Positions 27,734 through 36,638 of a stretch of DNA of 64,000 nt are shown here, one piece after another (the stretch's first letter is position 1; every line of letters starts with the position of its first letter). The stretch covers positions 11,688 to 75,687 of the IMG/VR virus record IMGVR_UViG_2974767555_000001. One strand, given 5' to 3'. The notes under the pieces are model-generated. The model searched no databases, was not told the DNA's origin, and saw nothing but the letters and a program-made list of their open reading frames with translations. The DNA is from a virus. Taxonomy: Duplodnaviria; Caudoviricetes. The position numbers and the translations under genes were made by a program.

Positions 27734-29113
27734 TCATGTCTGGTACCTGCCTTCGCTGCTGCCGCTGGGGCACATGGTTTCCGAGATTGTCCCCCAGTAC
27801 CTGCTGGGTCGGAGCAGGCGCGGGTTGCCAACCAGGTAGGCCAGCGCGGCCTCGTCACCCTCGGTCTGGTCGATCTGGCACGCATGGCGCGCGTAGTAGA
27901 TCAGCTCCCGAGGCGTCCGGTCGCGGTACTCGAACTCAGGGTCGGCCTCCAACACGGCCAACACCAGCTGCTCATCAGGTGTGAACCAGTCGGTGATGGC
28001 ACGGGCGACCGGGGGACTGAATCCGGTCAGGGCCAACACGATGGCCATAGCGGCCCCCATCATCCCCAACCGGCTTATACCCTCGTCAGTCTTAGCGGCT
28101 TGCATCGCGGCCCGTACCTCGCTGTCATCGACGGCGGTATAGCGCTCGGTCACGGCGACGTTGGCGTGCCCCAGTAGGGTCTGCACGGCGCGCAGGTTCC
28201 TCGTGCCGCGATAGGCCCGGGTCGCGAACCGGTGACGGAGGGTGTGCATCGTGTACCCGGCAGGCATTGCGGCAGCGACCAGCTTGCCCACCCAGCGGGG
28301 GGAGAGGTGACCGTCCTCGTCACCAGGGAACAGCCACCCCTCGACGCCGTAGGCGGCCATCTCTGGGGTGTGGCCCGGGGCACCAAGGGCGATAAGGTCG
28401 GCCAGGTCGTCAGTGATGGGGATGACCCGCTCCCGGTTTCCCTTCCCGTGTACCAGCAGCTGCGGGCCGTCAAACCCCTCGCGTAGGTCACGGGTGTGGA
28501 CCTGGGCGACCTCGGCCCGACGTAGGCCCGCCTCTGCCGCTAGACGCATCATCAGCGCCACCCGGGGGCCAGCGGCCTGGAGGGCCTGACGCCACACCCG
28601 ATCTGGGGCCGGTCGGGGGACTGGCCGGTCGGGCTTGACCGGGGGCAGGTCGGTGGCCGGGTTGGTCGTTAGGTGACCTGCCTTGTGTGCCCAACCGAAG
28701 AAACTTACCGCGCTGTTGCGGTATCCACGGCGCGTCTCGATGCGCCACTGGGTCTGCCCAGCAAACCACCGTCGGAGCTTTTCGGCAGTCAAATGGTTGG
28801 GGTCGGAGCAAATCGACCGGGCCATTCGGCAGACATGTGACAGGCGTGTAGCTACGGTGCTTTCCGGGCGACCGGCTGCGCGCAATTCCAATGTGTAGCC
28901 GTCAATTAACGGCTGCCAGTGGGGCGGTACTGGTGACGGAGATGGGCCGCTTTTTTGACCCGAGCGGGTTGACACCTCAGCAAGATTAGGCACCACCGTA
29001 AGTACGGTTTTGGGTGAGCCGTGATCGTTATGTGATCGTGACCTGCCTATGCGTTTCGTTGGGCCGCAACTGGGTACGGCCATGCCTTCCGGAAGGGGTT
29101 GGGCGGCAGTCAC
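27734..29113 (-). CDS. int: Tyrosine integrase, in frame with a 119-aa signal-peptide/DUF732-like C-terminal extension
   Basis: Catalytic GLRRAE, HGKG, HTLRH, LGH and TERY; GTG start overlaps the repressor stop (GTGA); true start could be downstream. Confidence 0.92.
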   Translation of the reverse strand: MTAAQPLPEGMAVPSCGPTKRIGRSRSHNDHGSPKTVLTVVPNLAEVSTRSGQKSGPSPSPVPPHWQPLIDGYTLELRAAGRPESTVATRLSHVCRMARSICSDPNHLTAEKLRRWFAGQTQWRIETRRGYRNSAVSFFGWAHKAGHLTTNPATDLPPVKPDRPVPRPAPDRVWRQALQAAGPRVALMMRLAAEAGLRRAEVAQVHTRDLREGFDGPQLLVHGKGNRERVIPITDDLADLIALGAPGHTPEMAAYGVEGWLFPGDEDGHLSPRWVGKLVAAAMPAGYTMHTLRHRFATRAYRGTRNLRAVQTLLGHANVAVTERYTAVDDSEVRAAMQAAKTDEGISRLGMMGAAMAIVLALTGFSPPVARAITDWFTPDEQLVLAVLEADPEFEYRDRTPRELIYYARHACQIDQTEGDEAALAYLVGNPRLLRPSRYWGTISETMCPSGSSEGRYQT

Positions 29114-29490
29114 GCAACCGCTCCTCGTGTTTGCTGGTTGTCACCATCAACCAAGCGCAAGTGGTGTTGAGTCCCAAACCAGAAGGTTGGGGGTTCGAAT
29201 CCCTCCGGGCGCACTTTATTTGCCGTGTCGTCGTCGGGTGATGGTGGAACGAACTCCCCGATACCGGATTCCAGCCAGCTGACTGGCACCCCACACGCCA
29301 ACGCCCAGGCGTTCAGTACGACCTTGCGTGGCCGTGTCACGCCCCGTTCAGCATTCGAGATGACGTGACGGGTAACACCCATCGCGTCGGCCAGCTCCTG
29401 CTGACTTAGACCCGCCTCCTCGCGGGCGATCCACAAGCGGTACTTCAGTCGGTTTGGGGGGATGAACCCCTTTTCGTATGCACTAGTCAT
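29110..29490 (-). CDS. Immunity repressor (XRE HTH) containing attP
   Basis: LWIAREEAGLSQQELADAMGVTRHVISNAERG HTH; tRNA-derived VRPEGFEPPTF segment; ends ...RGAVA. Confidence 0.9.
   Translation of the reverse strand: MTSAYEKGFIPPNRLKYRLWIAREEAGLSQQELADAMGVTRHVISNAERGVTRPRKVVLNAWALACGVPVSWLESGIGEFVPPSPDDDTANKVRPEGFEPPTFWFGTQHHLRLVDGDNQQTRGAVA
29180..29214 (+). other. attP common core (3' half of a tRNA, probably tRNA-Arg(ACG))
   Basis: CAGAAGGTTGGGGGTTCGAATCCCTCCGGGCGCAC: T arm plus 3' acceptor strand, with no 5' half nearby; adjacent to int. Confidence 0.85.
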
Positions 29491-29497
29491 GTCGCGG

Positions 29498-29527
29498 ATC
29501 GTAACGCGCATGCGCCGCGCTTAGCAA
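29498..29527 (-). promoter_or_regulatory. Putative leaderless repressor promoter
   Basis: Minus strand: TTGCTA-N18-TACGAT, 7 nt before ATG 29490; palindrome GCGCATGCGC in the spacer. Confidence 0.6.
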
Positions 29528-29676
29528 TTGGCGGCTCAAAACAATTAAGTGCCGACAGCGGCACGCTCAGCAAACACGCGCAAAATCAACACCAAACGTA
29601 AAAAGGGCCATGGGTTACAAACCCACGGCCCTTTACTTTGTCCACATCAGCCGCCAAAAGCACTGGAATGTCACAC

Positions 29677-29706
29677 TTGCGGGCCTATGCGAATATGCGT
29701 AATACT
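29677..29706 (+). promoter_or_regulatory. Putative rightward early promoter
   Basis: TTGCGG-N17-TAATAC(T) just upstream of ATG 29715; lacks the cassette palindrome. Confidence 0.5.
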
Positions 29707-29714
29707 GCTGCGGT

Positions 29715-30152
29715 ATGACCCGCACCACAGCAAAGGACCGACCAGTGATCAGGCCCCCGTACGAGCACCAGGGATGGCGTAACCCGTTGACGCCCCGGGC
29801 CAAGGACCGTCTGGCCGTCGTCTTGCTCCTGACCACCTGCCTGTTCCTGGGCGCGGTCTGGCACCTAGCGGGTCACGCCCACGCAGCACCCGCTGCCGTG
29901 GTCACCGTCGAGATGTCGTGGACGGGGTGCGCTGACCTGACGGCACCCGACGCCCACGACCGCACGCAGGTCACCAGCGCGGTGATCTGTGAACCCCCTG
30001 CCGCAACCACGTACCCGGTCGCCAACGGCGAGATGTACGGCGCGGCCCTGTTCTCACCCGGCGAGCTTGTCGTCTGCCGGGTGTCGGTCGGTGGCCAAGA
30101 GGTCGCCTTCCAGGCCGCGCTTGGCGCGGTCAATTGCCTGGCCCGCATGTAG
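29715..30152 (+). CDS. Secreted/membrane hypothetical protein
   Basis: Hydrophobic segment ending AHA-AP (signal peptidase site); four Cys in the beta-rich mature part. Confidence 0.7.
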   Translation: MTRTTAKDRPVIRPPYEHQGWRNPLTPRAKDRLAVVLLLTTCLFLGAVWHLAGHAHAAPAAVVTVEMSWTGCADLTAPDAHDRTQVTSAVICEPPAATTYPVANGEMYGAALFSPGELVVCRVSVGGQEVAFQAALGAVNCLARM

Positions 30153-30194
30153 CGGCCAGGTCTCACCTCACCCCAACACCAAGGAGTTCATTCC

Positions 30195-30587
30195 ATGAAC
30201 AAGAAGGCCGTTGCTGCCGTCGTCGCCGTCCCGACCACGTTGGTCCTGATCGCCGGGACCGGCCTGGCCATCAGCGCCACCCGGGGACCGCAGCACAGCG
30301 ATGCCGACAAGGCGTTCCTGTCGCTGCTCAATCACGAGGGCATCGACGTCAGCAGCGAGGACCGCGCCGACCAGATGATCGACAAGGGGCACAGCGTGTG
30401 CCAGTCGCTCGACAACGGGGCCACCCTGCTGCAGCTGGGTATGGGCGCGATCGCCGACCCGTCACTGACGATGGAGCAGCACGGGACCGTGATCATCGCG
30501 GGGGTGTCATCGTACTGCCCCGAGCATCTGGAATCCATTGCCGCACAGGCCAAGCAGCTGTCCTCACTGGGCGGGACCAACGCCTGA
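30195..30587 (+). CDS. DUF732-like secreted protein
   Basis: RBS AAGGAG; N-terminal TM; DKAFLSLL...GHSVC...YCPEH. Confidence 0.8.
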   Translation: MNKKAVAAVVAVPTTLVLIAGTGLAISATRGPQHSDADKAFLSLLNHEGIDVSSEDRADQMIDKGHSVCQSLDNGATLLQLGMGAIADPSLTMEQHGTVIIAGVSSYCPEHLESIAAQAKQLSSLGGTNA

Positions 30588-31183
30588 TGGCCCGTCAGCT
30601 GGTCGTGGTGGACGTGGAATCGACGGGTCTGATCCCGGGGTTCCACGTACCCCTGGAGGTCGCCGCCGTCAACCTGGACACGGGGGAGGAGCTGTCGTTC
30701 GTCCCCTGGGTCCACCCCAGCCACATGGCCAAGGCCGATCCTGTTGCGCTGCAAATCAACCGGTACTACGAGCGCGGGGTGTTCAAGGACCGGTTGACCC
30801 TACAGCAGACGTTCGACCGGTACCGCCAGTTGTTCGACATGTTGGAGGGCAACACATTCGGCGGGGCCAACCCACGGTTTGACGCCGAGATGGTGCGGGT
30901 CGGCTACTCGATCTCCGTCAGCGTGACGCCGAAACCCTACGACCGACTGTCGCTACCGGACGAGACGTGGCAACACCGCCTGCAGGACGTGCAGGCGTAC
31001 GCGGCAGGGGTGCTGGGGTTCGACCCCGCTGACCCCCCGTCGCTGGTCGATCTGCTGGAAGCGCTGGGGATCGACAACCGGGAACCGCACAGTGCGCTGT
31101 GGGACGCCCGCGCCACAGCAGAAGCATTCAAGCGCTTAAAAGCTAAGCGGGACAACATGTATGAGAAGGACGTGCCGTACTGA
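30587..31183 (+). CDS. DnaQ-like (DEDDh) 3'-5' exonuclease
   Basis: VVDVESTGL, NPRFDAEM, HSALWDA. Confidence 0.9.
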   Translation: MARQLVVVDVESTGLIPGFHVPLEVAAVNLDTGEELSFVPWVHPSHMAKADPVALQINRYYERGVFKDRLTLQQTFDRYRQLFDMLEGNTFGGANPRFDAEMVRVGYSISVSVTPKPYDRLSLPDETWQHRLQDVQAYAAGVLGFDPADPPSLVDLLEALGIDNREPHSALWDARATAEAFKRLKAKRDNMYEKDVPY

Positions 31184-31545
31184 TGACCACCGTCAAGCCC
31201 AACATCCGCAAGATGATCGACGCCGCTGTGGCCAAGGCCCAGGGGGAAACGCCAGCGCCCGACGAGGACCGGCCCGCGCGGGAACCCGCCACCCTGGCGG
31301 CGCTGACCCTGTTCTCGCTCCAGACCCAGAGCCACGTGTACGCCGGGACCGTACCCCCGGAGGTCGTGGCCAAGCGGCGCGCGCGGAACCGCAACGCCCG
31401 CCGTGCCCGTCGTGGCAACACCGCCGCGATCCGGCATCAGGCCCGGTCCAACCGGGTCGCCAACCGTCGCCCCCGGTTCGGGTACAGCCACAACCACGAC
31501 CCGCTGGGCACCAAGGTCGTTGACGCCGAGGTGGTCGAGGACTGA
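31183..31545 (+). CDS. Arg-rich hypothetical protein
   Basis: Coupled overlaps; HVYAGTVPPEVVAKRRARNR. Confidence 0.7.
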   Translation: MTTVKPNIRKMIDAAVAKAQGETPAPDEDRPAREPATLAALTLFSLQTQSHVYAGTVPPEVVAKRRARNRNARRARRGNTAAIRHQARSNRVANRRPRFGYSHNHDPLGTKVVDAEVVED

Positions 31546-31838
31546 TGAATCGACCGCTCAAGTCACCGGTGCTGACAGCGCTGCTGCTGGGTGTGACGTT
31601 CCTGGTCCTGGGTGGTCGGTTTGGAGAGGAGGGGTGCATCGCCGCTGGTGTGGCGGCGGTGTTCCTCGCCATCTTCTGGGCCGTACGTGAGGACCTGGAA
31701 AACCAACGGGCCGAACGTATCTCGGCGCGCGACATCGACGCCGCCGAGATGTGGGGCGCGTGCGGGAACAAGGGGTGCGTGACCTGCCGCCCTTGGTTCG
31801 ACGCCGACAACAACGTCATCCCGGGGTCGGAGCTATGA
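31545..31838 (+). CDS. Two-TM membrane protein
   Basis: Two hydrophobic helices, then a CGNKGCVTC tail. Confidence 0.65.
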   Translation: MNRPLKSPVLTALLLGVTFLVLGGRFGEEGCIAAGVAAVFLAIFWAVREDLENQRAERISARDIDAAEMWGACGNKGCVTCRPWFDADNNVIPGSEL

Positions 31839-32656
31839 CCGCCACGTGCCGTACCGAGAACTGCGACAACCCCCACGACGGGGGGCGCGGACTGTGCAAG
31901 AAGTGTTGGGCCGCACACAAGCGCAGGATGGTGGCCTACGGTCGCTGGGACCCCAACACCGTGGACCCGACCGCCGCGCTGCAGCATGTGGCACAGCTCC
32001 AGCAATGGGGTCTGGGATTCCGTCAGTTGGTCAAGCTGACCGGGTTGGGCCGCAGTACGTTCCAGCACCTGGACGAGGCCGAGTTCATCTTCCGCAGTAC
32101 GGAGGCCGCGATCCTGGCGGTGCCGGTCCCGACATCGGTGTTCGACCCGATGCTGGCCGATGGCACCCAGATCAGCAGCTTGGGGTCACGCCGTCGTCTG
32201 CGCGCACTGGCCGCAATCGGGTGGGACGGGGAACGGGTGGCCGAAATGCTTGGGTGCCACCGTCACCAGATTCAGTCACTGACCAGTGGTCGTCAGCCCA
32301 AGGTCACTGTGGCCCGGGCGCGCAAGATCGCTGAGCTGTTCGCGCGTCTGGAGATGACCCCCGGCCCGAGCGGGAAGTCGCGGAACATCGCCCAACAGAA
32401 AGGCTGGCCAAAGCCTTTGCAATGGGACGAGGACGAGATTGACAACCCCGACGCTGTGGCCGTTGCAACCAAGGACAAGTTCGTCAAGGCCAGTGATCGG
32501 ATCGCCGAGCTGTTCGAGCTGGGGGTGACCGACCCCAACCAGGTGGCCGAACGCCTTGGGATCAAGCCCGATTCGGTCAAGCGGGCCATCCAGCGCGCGG
32601 CTGAGGCCGACGCGGACGACGACGAGTCGGAGCGAGAGCTGGAGGTGGCGTCGTGA
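31835..32656 (+). CDS. Helix-turn-helix DNA-binding protein
   Basis: N-terminal C-x4-C...CKKC; several HTH-like segments (RLRALAAIGW; QVAERLGIKPDSVKR). Confidence 0.75.
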   Translation: MTATCRTENCDNPHDGGRGLCKKCWAAHKRRMVAYGRWDPNTVDPTAALQHVAQLQQWGLGFRQLVKLTGLGRSTFQHLDEAEFIFRSTEAAILAVPVPTSVFDPMLADGTQISSLGSRRRLRALAAIGWDGERVAEMLGCHRHQIQSLTSGRQPKVTVARARKIAELFARLEMTPGPSGKSRNIAQQKGWPKPLQWDEDEIDNPDAVAVATKDKFVKASDRIAELFELGVTDPNQVAERLGIKPDSVKRAIQRAAEADADDDESERELEVAS

Positions 32657-32985
32657 AATTCCATGTGGGCCAACAGTTGATCCTTCACAACCGCCGTGGG
32701 ACCGAGGACGTGACGGTCTCGCGGGTGGGCCGCAAGTACGTGTACATCACGCAGTATGGGCGGGAGTGCAAGTTCCACGGCGACACCGGCCAAGAGGTGT
32801 CGGAGTACGGGTCACCCGGTGTGCTGTACACCCCGGAGGAGTGGGCCAAAAGGGAGCGCCGCCTCACGCTTTTCAAGTCGCTCGACAAGCTGGGCATCGA
32901 GGTCAAGTACAGCCATCGCAGCCTGATGGGAACCGATGTGCTGGAACAGATTCTGGCCGCTGTGGTCCACGGGGGCCGGTCATGA
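32653..32985 (+). CDS. Hypothetical protein (SH3-like beta barrel)
   Basis: Coupled start; VTVSRVGRKYVYI. Confidence 0.65.
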   Translation: MKFHVGQQLILHNRRGTEDVTVSRVGRKYVYITQYGRECKFHGDTGQEVSEYGSPGVLYTPEEWAKRERRLTLFKSLDKLGIEVKYSHRSLMGTDVLEQILAAVVHGGRS

Positions 32986-33116
32986 GGCCCCTGTTCTGGT
33001 TTGTGTGCATCAACTGTGACGAGTTGTTCACCCACACCCACATCACGACCGTGTGCGGTCGGTGTGCCCGCAATCAGGGGACCCCTGAGTACGTCGGAAC
33101 TGGAGGTGGAGAGTGA
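32982..33116 (+). CDS. Small Cys-rich peptide
   Basis: CINC...CGRC; ATGA/GTGA overlaps on both sides. Confidence 0.5.
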   Translation: MRPLFWFVCINCDELFTHTHITTVCGRCARNQGTPEYVGTGGGE

Positions 33117-33310
33117 GCAAGCCGAAACCCGTGCCAGGCAAGGTGATCGCCCGTAAGACCCGGGATGGTCAGTGGTCGTGGAAGTGGACCACCCCCACCG
33201 GTACCCCGCACCTGGGGGTGGAGCGGTTTGACACCGAGGCCAAGGCGATGACGGCAGGTCGCCGGTTCGCGCGTAAGAACTGGGCCGGCCCCAGCGGGGC
33301 CGACCAGTGA
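33113..33310 (+). CDS. Hypothetical protein
   Basis: RBS GGAGG; coupled overlaps. Confidence 0.6.
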   Translation: MSKPKPVPGKVIARKTRDGQWSWKWTTPTGTPHLGVERFDTEAKAMTAGRRFARKNWAGPSGADQ

Positions 33311-33477
33311 ACCCGCGTCGGTGCCCGGTGTGCTGGCAGGCGGTGCTGCCCACGGCTGTTGCCCACCTGGTCCACATCCATCCCGACAAGGCTGACAACC
33401 GGTGCCCGATGTCGGGCAAGAGCTTCTGGTTGTGCTACCCCATCGCCAACGATCCGAAGCTGCGGGGTGCGGCATGA
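33307..33477 (+). CDS. Small Zn-binding peptide (56 aa; not in the ORF track)
   Basis: MNPRRCPVCWQ...HIHPDK...CPMSG; fills the gap with 4-nt overlaps at both ends. Confidence 0.55.
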   Translation: MNPRRCPVCWQAVLPTAVAHLVHIHPDKADNRCPMSGKSFWLCYPIANDPKLRGAA

Positions 33478-33824
33478 CCGATGCACCAATGTCTGCCGAT
33501 GGGTACGTGTGGGACGAGAAGCTGACCCGCCAGGCCATCAAGCAGGGCCGGTCAATGGGGTTGTGTGAGTACCACGGGGATCACCCGGGTACCGATATGC
33601 ACCACCGCCGCAACGCATCCCAGGGCGGGAAGTGGCACCCGGCCAACATCATTTACATCTGCCGGGAGCTACATCACGAGGTGACCGTGAACCCGGAGTG
33701 GGCACATTCGGTCGGCTTGACGCTGTGGACGGGGGAGGACCCCGCCGATGTGCCGGTTCAGCTGGGCAGCCTTCACCTGTGGCTGACCGACCAGCTGATC
33801 GCCAAGGCTGGCGTAAACGCCTAG
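33474..33824 (+). CDS. HNH endonuclease-like protein
   Basis: CEYH...DMHHRRNASQGG...NIIYICRELH. Confidence 0.75.
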   Translation: MTDAPMSADGYVWDEKLTRQAIKQGRSMGLCEYHGDHPGTDMHHRRNASQGGKWHPANIIYICRELHHEVTVNPEWAHSVGLTLWTGEDPADVPVQLGSLHLWLTDQLIAKAGVNA

Positions 33825-33859
33825 CCAGCAACACCTTTCACCCAACACGAGGAGTATCT

Positions 33860-34774
33860 ATGACAGTCAAGATTGCCCCGGGTAGCGACGAGTGGCACAA
33901 GCTGATCACCCCGTCCAAGGTCGCTGCGATCCTGGGGGTCAGCCGGTGGGAGTCGCCGTACCGGTTGTGGCACCGCATGAAAGGCCTGGTGGAGCCGGAA
34001 CCGGAGAAGGACATCTTCACGGTCGGCCACGCTTTCGAGCCAGCGCTGGCCTACCTGTGGAAGGAGGACAACCCGGGGTGGCAGCTGTCGCCCGGGGAGG
34101 TCCAGATCACCGGGGACGCAGACCAGTTCGGGTTCCCGTTCGCGGTCACCCTGGACCGGCGTGCTCGCCGGGGCCGGTCGCGGCGGGTCGTGGAGTTCAA
34201 GACGGCCCGGTCACTGGAGGAATGGGGCGACGAGTTCACCGACGAGGCCCCAGCGGATTACGTGGCCCAGGTCAGCGCCCAGATGCTGATGACCGGCTAC
34301 ACACAGCATCCGGCACACCTGGTGGTGCTGGGTCCCTGGCTCAAGCACCACACGTACCAGATCGAGTACACCCCAGCGGTGGCCGATCTGATCGTCGGTC
34401 GGTGCCGCGACTTCTATCAGTCGCTGGCCGGTGACACCCCGCCGCCGCTGGACGACACGGTGGCCACCTACGAGTGCGTGCGCGAGCTGCACCCCGACAT
34501 CGACGGCAGCACGGCGCTGATCCCCGCCGACCTGGCCATCGAATACCTTGCGGCCTCCCGTGGTCGCAAGGACGCCGACCGGCGCGAGCGGTCGGCCAAG
34601 ACTCAGGTCCTCGACCTGATGGGCAACGCCCAGTACGGGGAGGTGAAGGTCGGCGATGACACCACGGTCAGGGTCGCCCGTCGCCAACCCTCCAGGCAGT
34701 CGGTAGCGCTGTACGCCGTCGAGCCGAAAACACCTATCGCAGAACTCATTACAACCGAAGGGAATGTTGCATGA
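33860..34774 (+). CDS. YqaJ/RecE-like exonuclease
   Basis: RBS GAGGAG; ITPSKVAAILGVSRW, TLDRR...VEFKT, YVAQVSAQM. Confidence 0.9.
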   Translation: MTVKIAPGSDEWHKLITPSKVAAILGVSRWESPYRLWHRMKGLVEPEPEKDIFTVGHAFEPALAYLWKEDNPGWQLSPGEVQITGDADQFGFPFAVTLDRRARRGRSRRVVEFKTARSLEEWGDEFTDEAPADYVAQVSAQMLMTGYTQHPAHLVVLGPWLKHHTYQIEYTPAVADLIVGRCRDFYQSLAGDTPPPLDDTVATYECVRELHPDIDGSTALIPADLAIEYLAASRGRKDADRRERSAKTQVLDLMGNAQYGEVKVGDDTTVRVARRQPSRQSVALYAVEPKTPIAELITTEGNVA

Positions 34775-35898
34775 CCGAGCAGATGACGGACATTGAGGTG
34801 GTCGATCCGACCAGCCAGGAGGTGGCCCAGAACACCGAGGTGTACACGGCCCCGACAACCCCTGCGCTGCAGCGGATGGCCGCAGAAGCGCAGGCGCTGG
34901 ACACGGCGTTCAAGATGGCCCAGTCGCTGTCGAAGACCAACGCGGTGCCCCAGCGGTACCAGCAGAGCTTTGTGCCCAGCGGTCAGCGGGAGCCGCAAGG
35001 TATCACTGCCGCATACGATCTGGCCGCTGCGATCTTGTACGGCGCGGAGCTGGGCATGTCGGCGCTCCAGTCGGCACAGAACGTGTTCAGCGTCCACGGT
35101 CAGCCCGCCGTGTACAGCAAGACGATGGTGGCCCAGGTGTTGCGGCACATCGACACCCAGGGGACCGGTGGTCCCAACGGTGACGGTGTGTGGGAGGTCA
35201 GCGCCACCAAGGACAAGGTGGTGTGGGCCGGTCGTCGTGACGGCAAGACCGCCGCCGCCGAGTGGACCATCGCCCGCGCGGAGTCGGCGGGGTTCACCCG
35301 TAACCCGATGTACGCCAAGATGCCGGTCGAGATGCTGCGCGCCAAGGCCCAGGCTGAGGTGTGCCGGATCCTTTGGCCCGACGTGCTGTTGGGTATGTCC
35401 AACAGTGTCGAGGAGCTGCAGCTCGCTGACGGCACCGTGGTGCAGCGGGTCACGTCGCAGCGTCCGACCAAGGCCAAGGGTGTCGCGGGTCTGCTGGCCA
35501 ACGTGGCACCCGCTATCGAGCAGCACCCCGCCGAGCCTGGCCCTGCCGATCAGTCGGTCACCCAGGCCCCCATCCCGGAACAGGCCCCGATTCCCAACGG
35601 CGACAACGCCGTTGTGGTCGAGGACCCCGCGCCCGCCGCTGGTGAGGAAGCCCCAGCGGCGGGTGCGGAACCAGAGAAGCCCGCGCTGGTCAGCAAGCGG
35701 CAGCTGACCGAGGTAAAGCGCGCGTTGGCCAAGGAGTCTTACACCGACCCCAAGTCGGAGGAGACGTTGACCTACGTCAACCAGCTGGTCGGAGTCGAGA
35801 TCACCGACCTTGCCGACCTGACGGAATCCAAAGCGGCTGAGCTGCTTTCGATCCTGTCGGAACCCATCAACACCGATGACAAGGAGAACAGCAAGTGA
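34771..35898 (+). CDS. RecT-like single-strand annealing protein
   Basis: Follows the exonuclease; YGAELGMSALQS...HGQP and PVEMLRAKA...WPDVLLG motifs. Confidence 0.75.
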   Translation: MTEQMTDIEVVDPTSQEVAQNTEVYTAPTTPALQRMAAEAQALDTAFKMAQSLSKTNAVPQRYQQSFVPSGQREPQGITAAYDLAAAILYGAELGMSALQSAQNVFSVHGQPAVYSKTMVAQVLRHIDTQGTGGPNGDGVWEVSATKDKVVWAGRRDGKTAAAEWTIARAESAGFTRNPMYAKMPVEMLRAKAQAEVCRILWPDVLLGMSNSVEELQLADGTVVQRVTSQRPTKAKGVAGLLANVAPAIEQHPAEPGPADQSVTQAPIPEQAPIPNGDNAVVVEDPAPAAGEEAPAAGAEPEKPALVSKRQLTEVKRALAKESYTDPKSEETLTYVNQLVGVEITDLADLTESKAAELLSILSEPINTDDKENSK

Positions 35899-36638
35899 GC
35901 GAGACCAACACCACCACGACCACCGATCCCGATTACCACGATGAGGCCATCATCGCCTTCCAGGGTCGGTCGGGATCGTTGGCCAACCCGCCGCAGTTGG
36001 GTGACTCTCGCCGGTACGTGATCGCGGGCAACTGCGTCAAGGTGTCGGAGGAGCTGCAGGACAACGGCGACATCAAGCAGGTCTGCACCATCAAGGCCCG
36101 CAACGTGTATGAGATCGGGGTCCGTAACCCCGACGACGGTGCCGGGTTGTTCCGGGAACCGTGCCCCCACTGCGGTCACGCGGAGACCCCGGGTGATGTG
36201 GTCGATGGGTTCGTAGACGACGAGGACGGCAGCGACGAGCCTGCCGCGATTGCAGAAGCCCAGCTCGCCATTGCCGCAGCGCCCGACGACATCGTGGACG
36301 CCGAGGTGATCGAGGACGACGAGACCCCCGACGACGGCGATGACCCGACCGCTGGGGACGTGGAAGTCGTTGACGAGAACGAGGACTGGGAGGTCACCGA
36401 CGTGCCCGAGACCGGGGACGACGACGACCCCGAACCCGACGAGGTGGCCCAGGACTACGAGCCAAGCGGCATGGACGAATTCGTCGCCCAGGCCGACGCG
36501 GAGACCGTGGAGGAACCCGCCGACCCGGAACCGGAGGAGACGCCGCAGCAGCGCCGTAACCGGCTCGCACGGGAACGCCGCGCCGCCAAGAAGGCCCAAC
36601 AGGAGCAGGCCGACGACGAGAGCGGCGACGACGAGTGA
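35895..36638 (+). CDS. Very acidic hypothetical protein
   Basis: D/E-rich C-terminal half; CPHC; RRNRLARERRAAKK. Confidence 0.75.
   Translation: MSETNTTTTTDPDYHDEAIIAFQGRSGSLANPPQLGDSRRYVIAGNCVKVSEELQDNGDIKQVCTIKARNVYEIGVRNPDDGAGLFREPCPHCGHAETPGDVVDGFVDDEDGSDEPAAIAEAQLAIAAAPDDIVDAEVIEDDETPDDGDDPTAGDVEVVDENEDWEVTDVPETGDDDDPEPDEVAQDYEPSGMDEFVAQADAETVEEPADPEPEETPQQRRNRLARERRAAKKAQQEQADDESGDDE

Noticed and set aside
29161-29214. A third tRNA gene
   Set aside because: Only the T arm and 3' acceptor strand are present; no D arm or anticodon arm. It is the attP core.
29549-29782. ORF as Cro/Xis
   Set aside because: No HTH pattern, no SD, atypical codons, and it overlaps the promoter and the 29715 gene.
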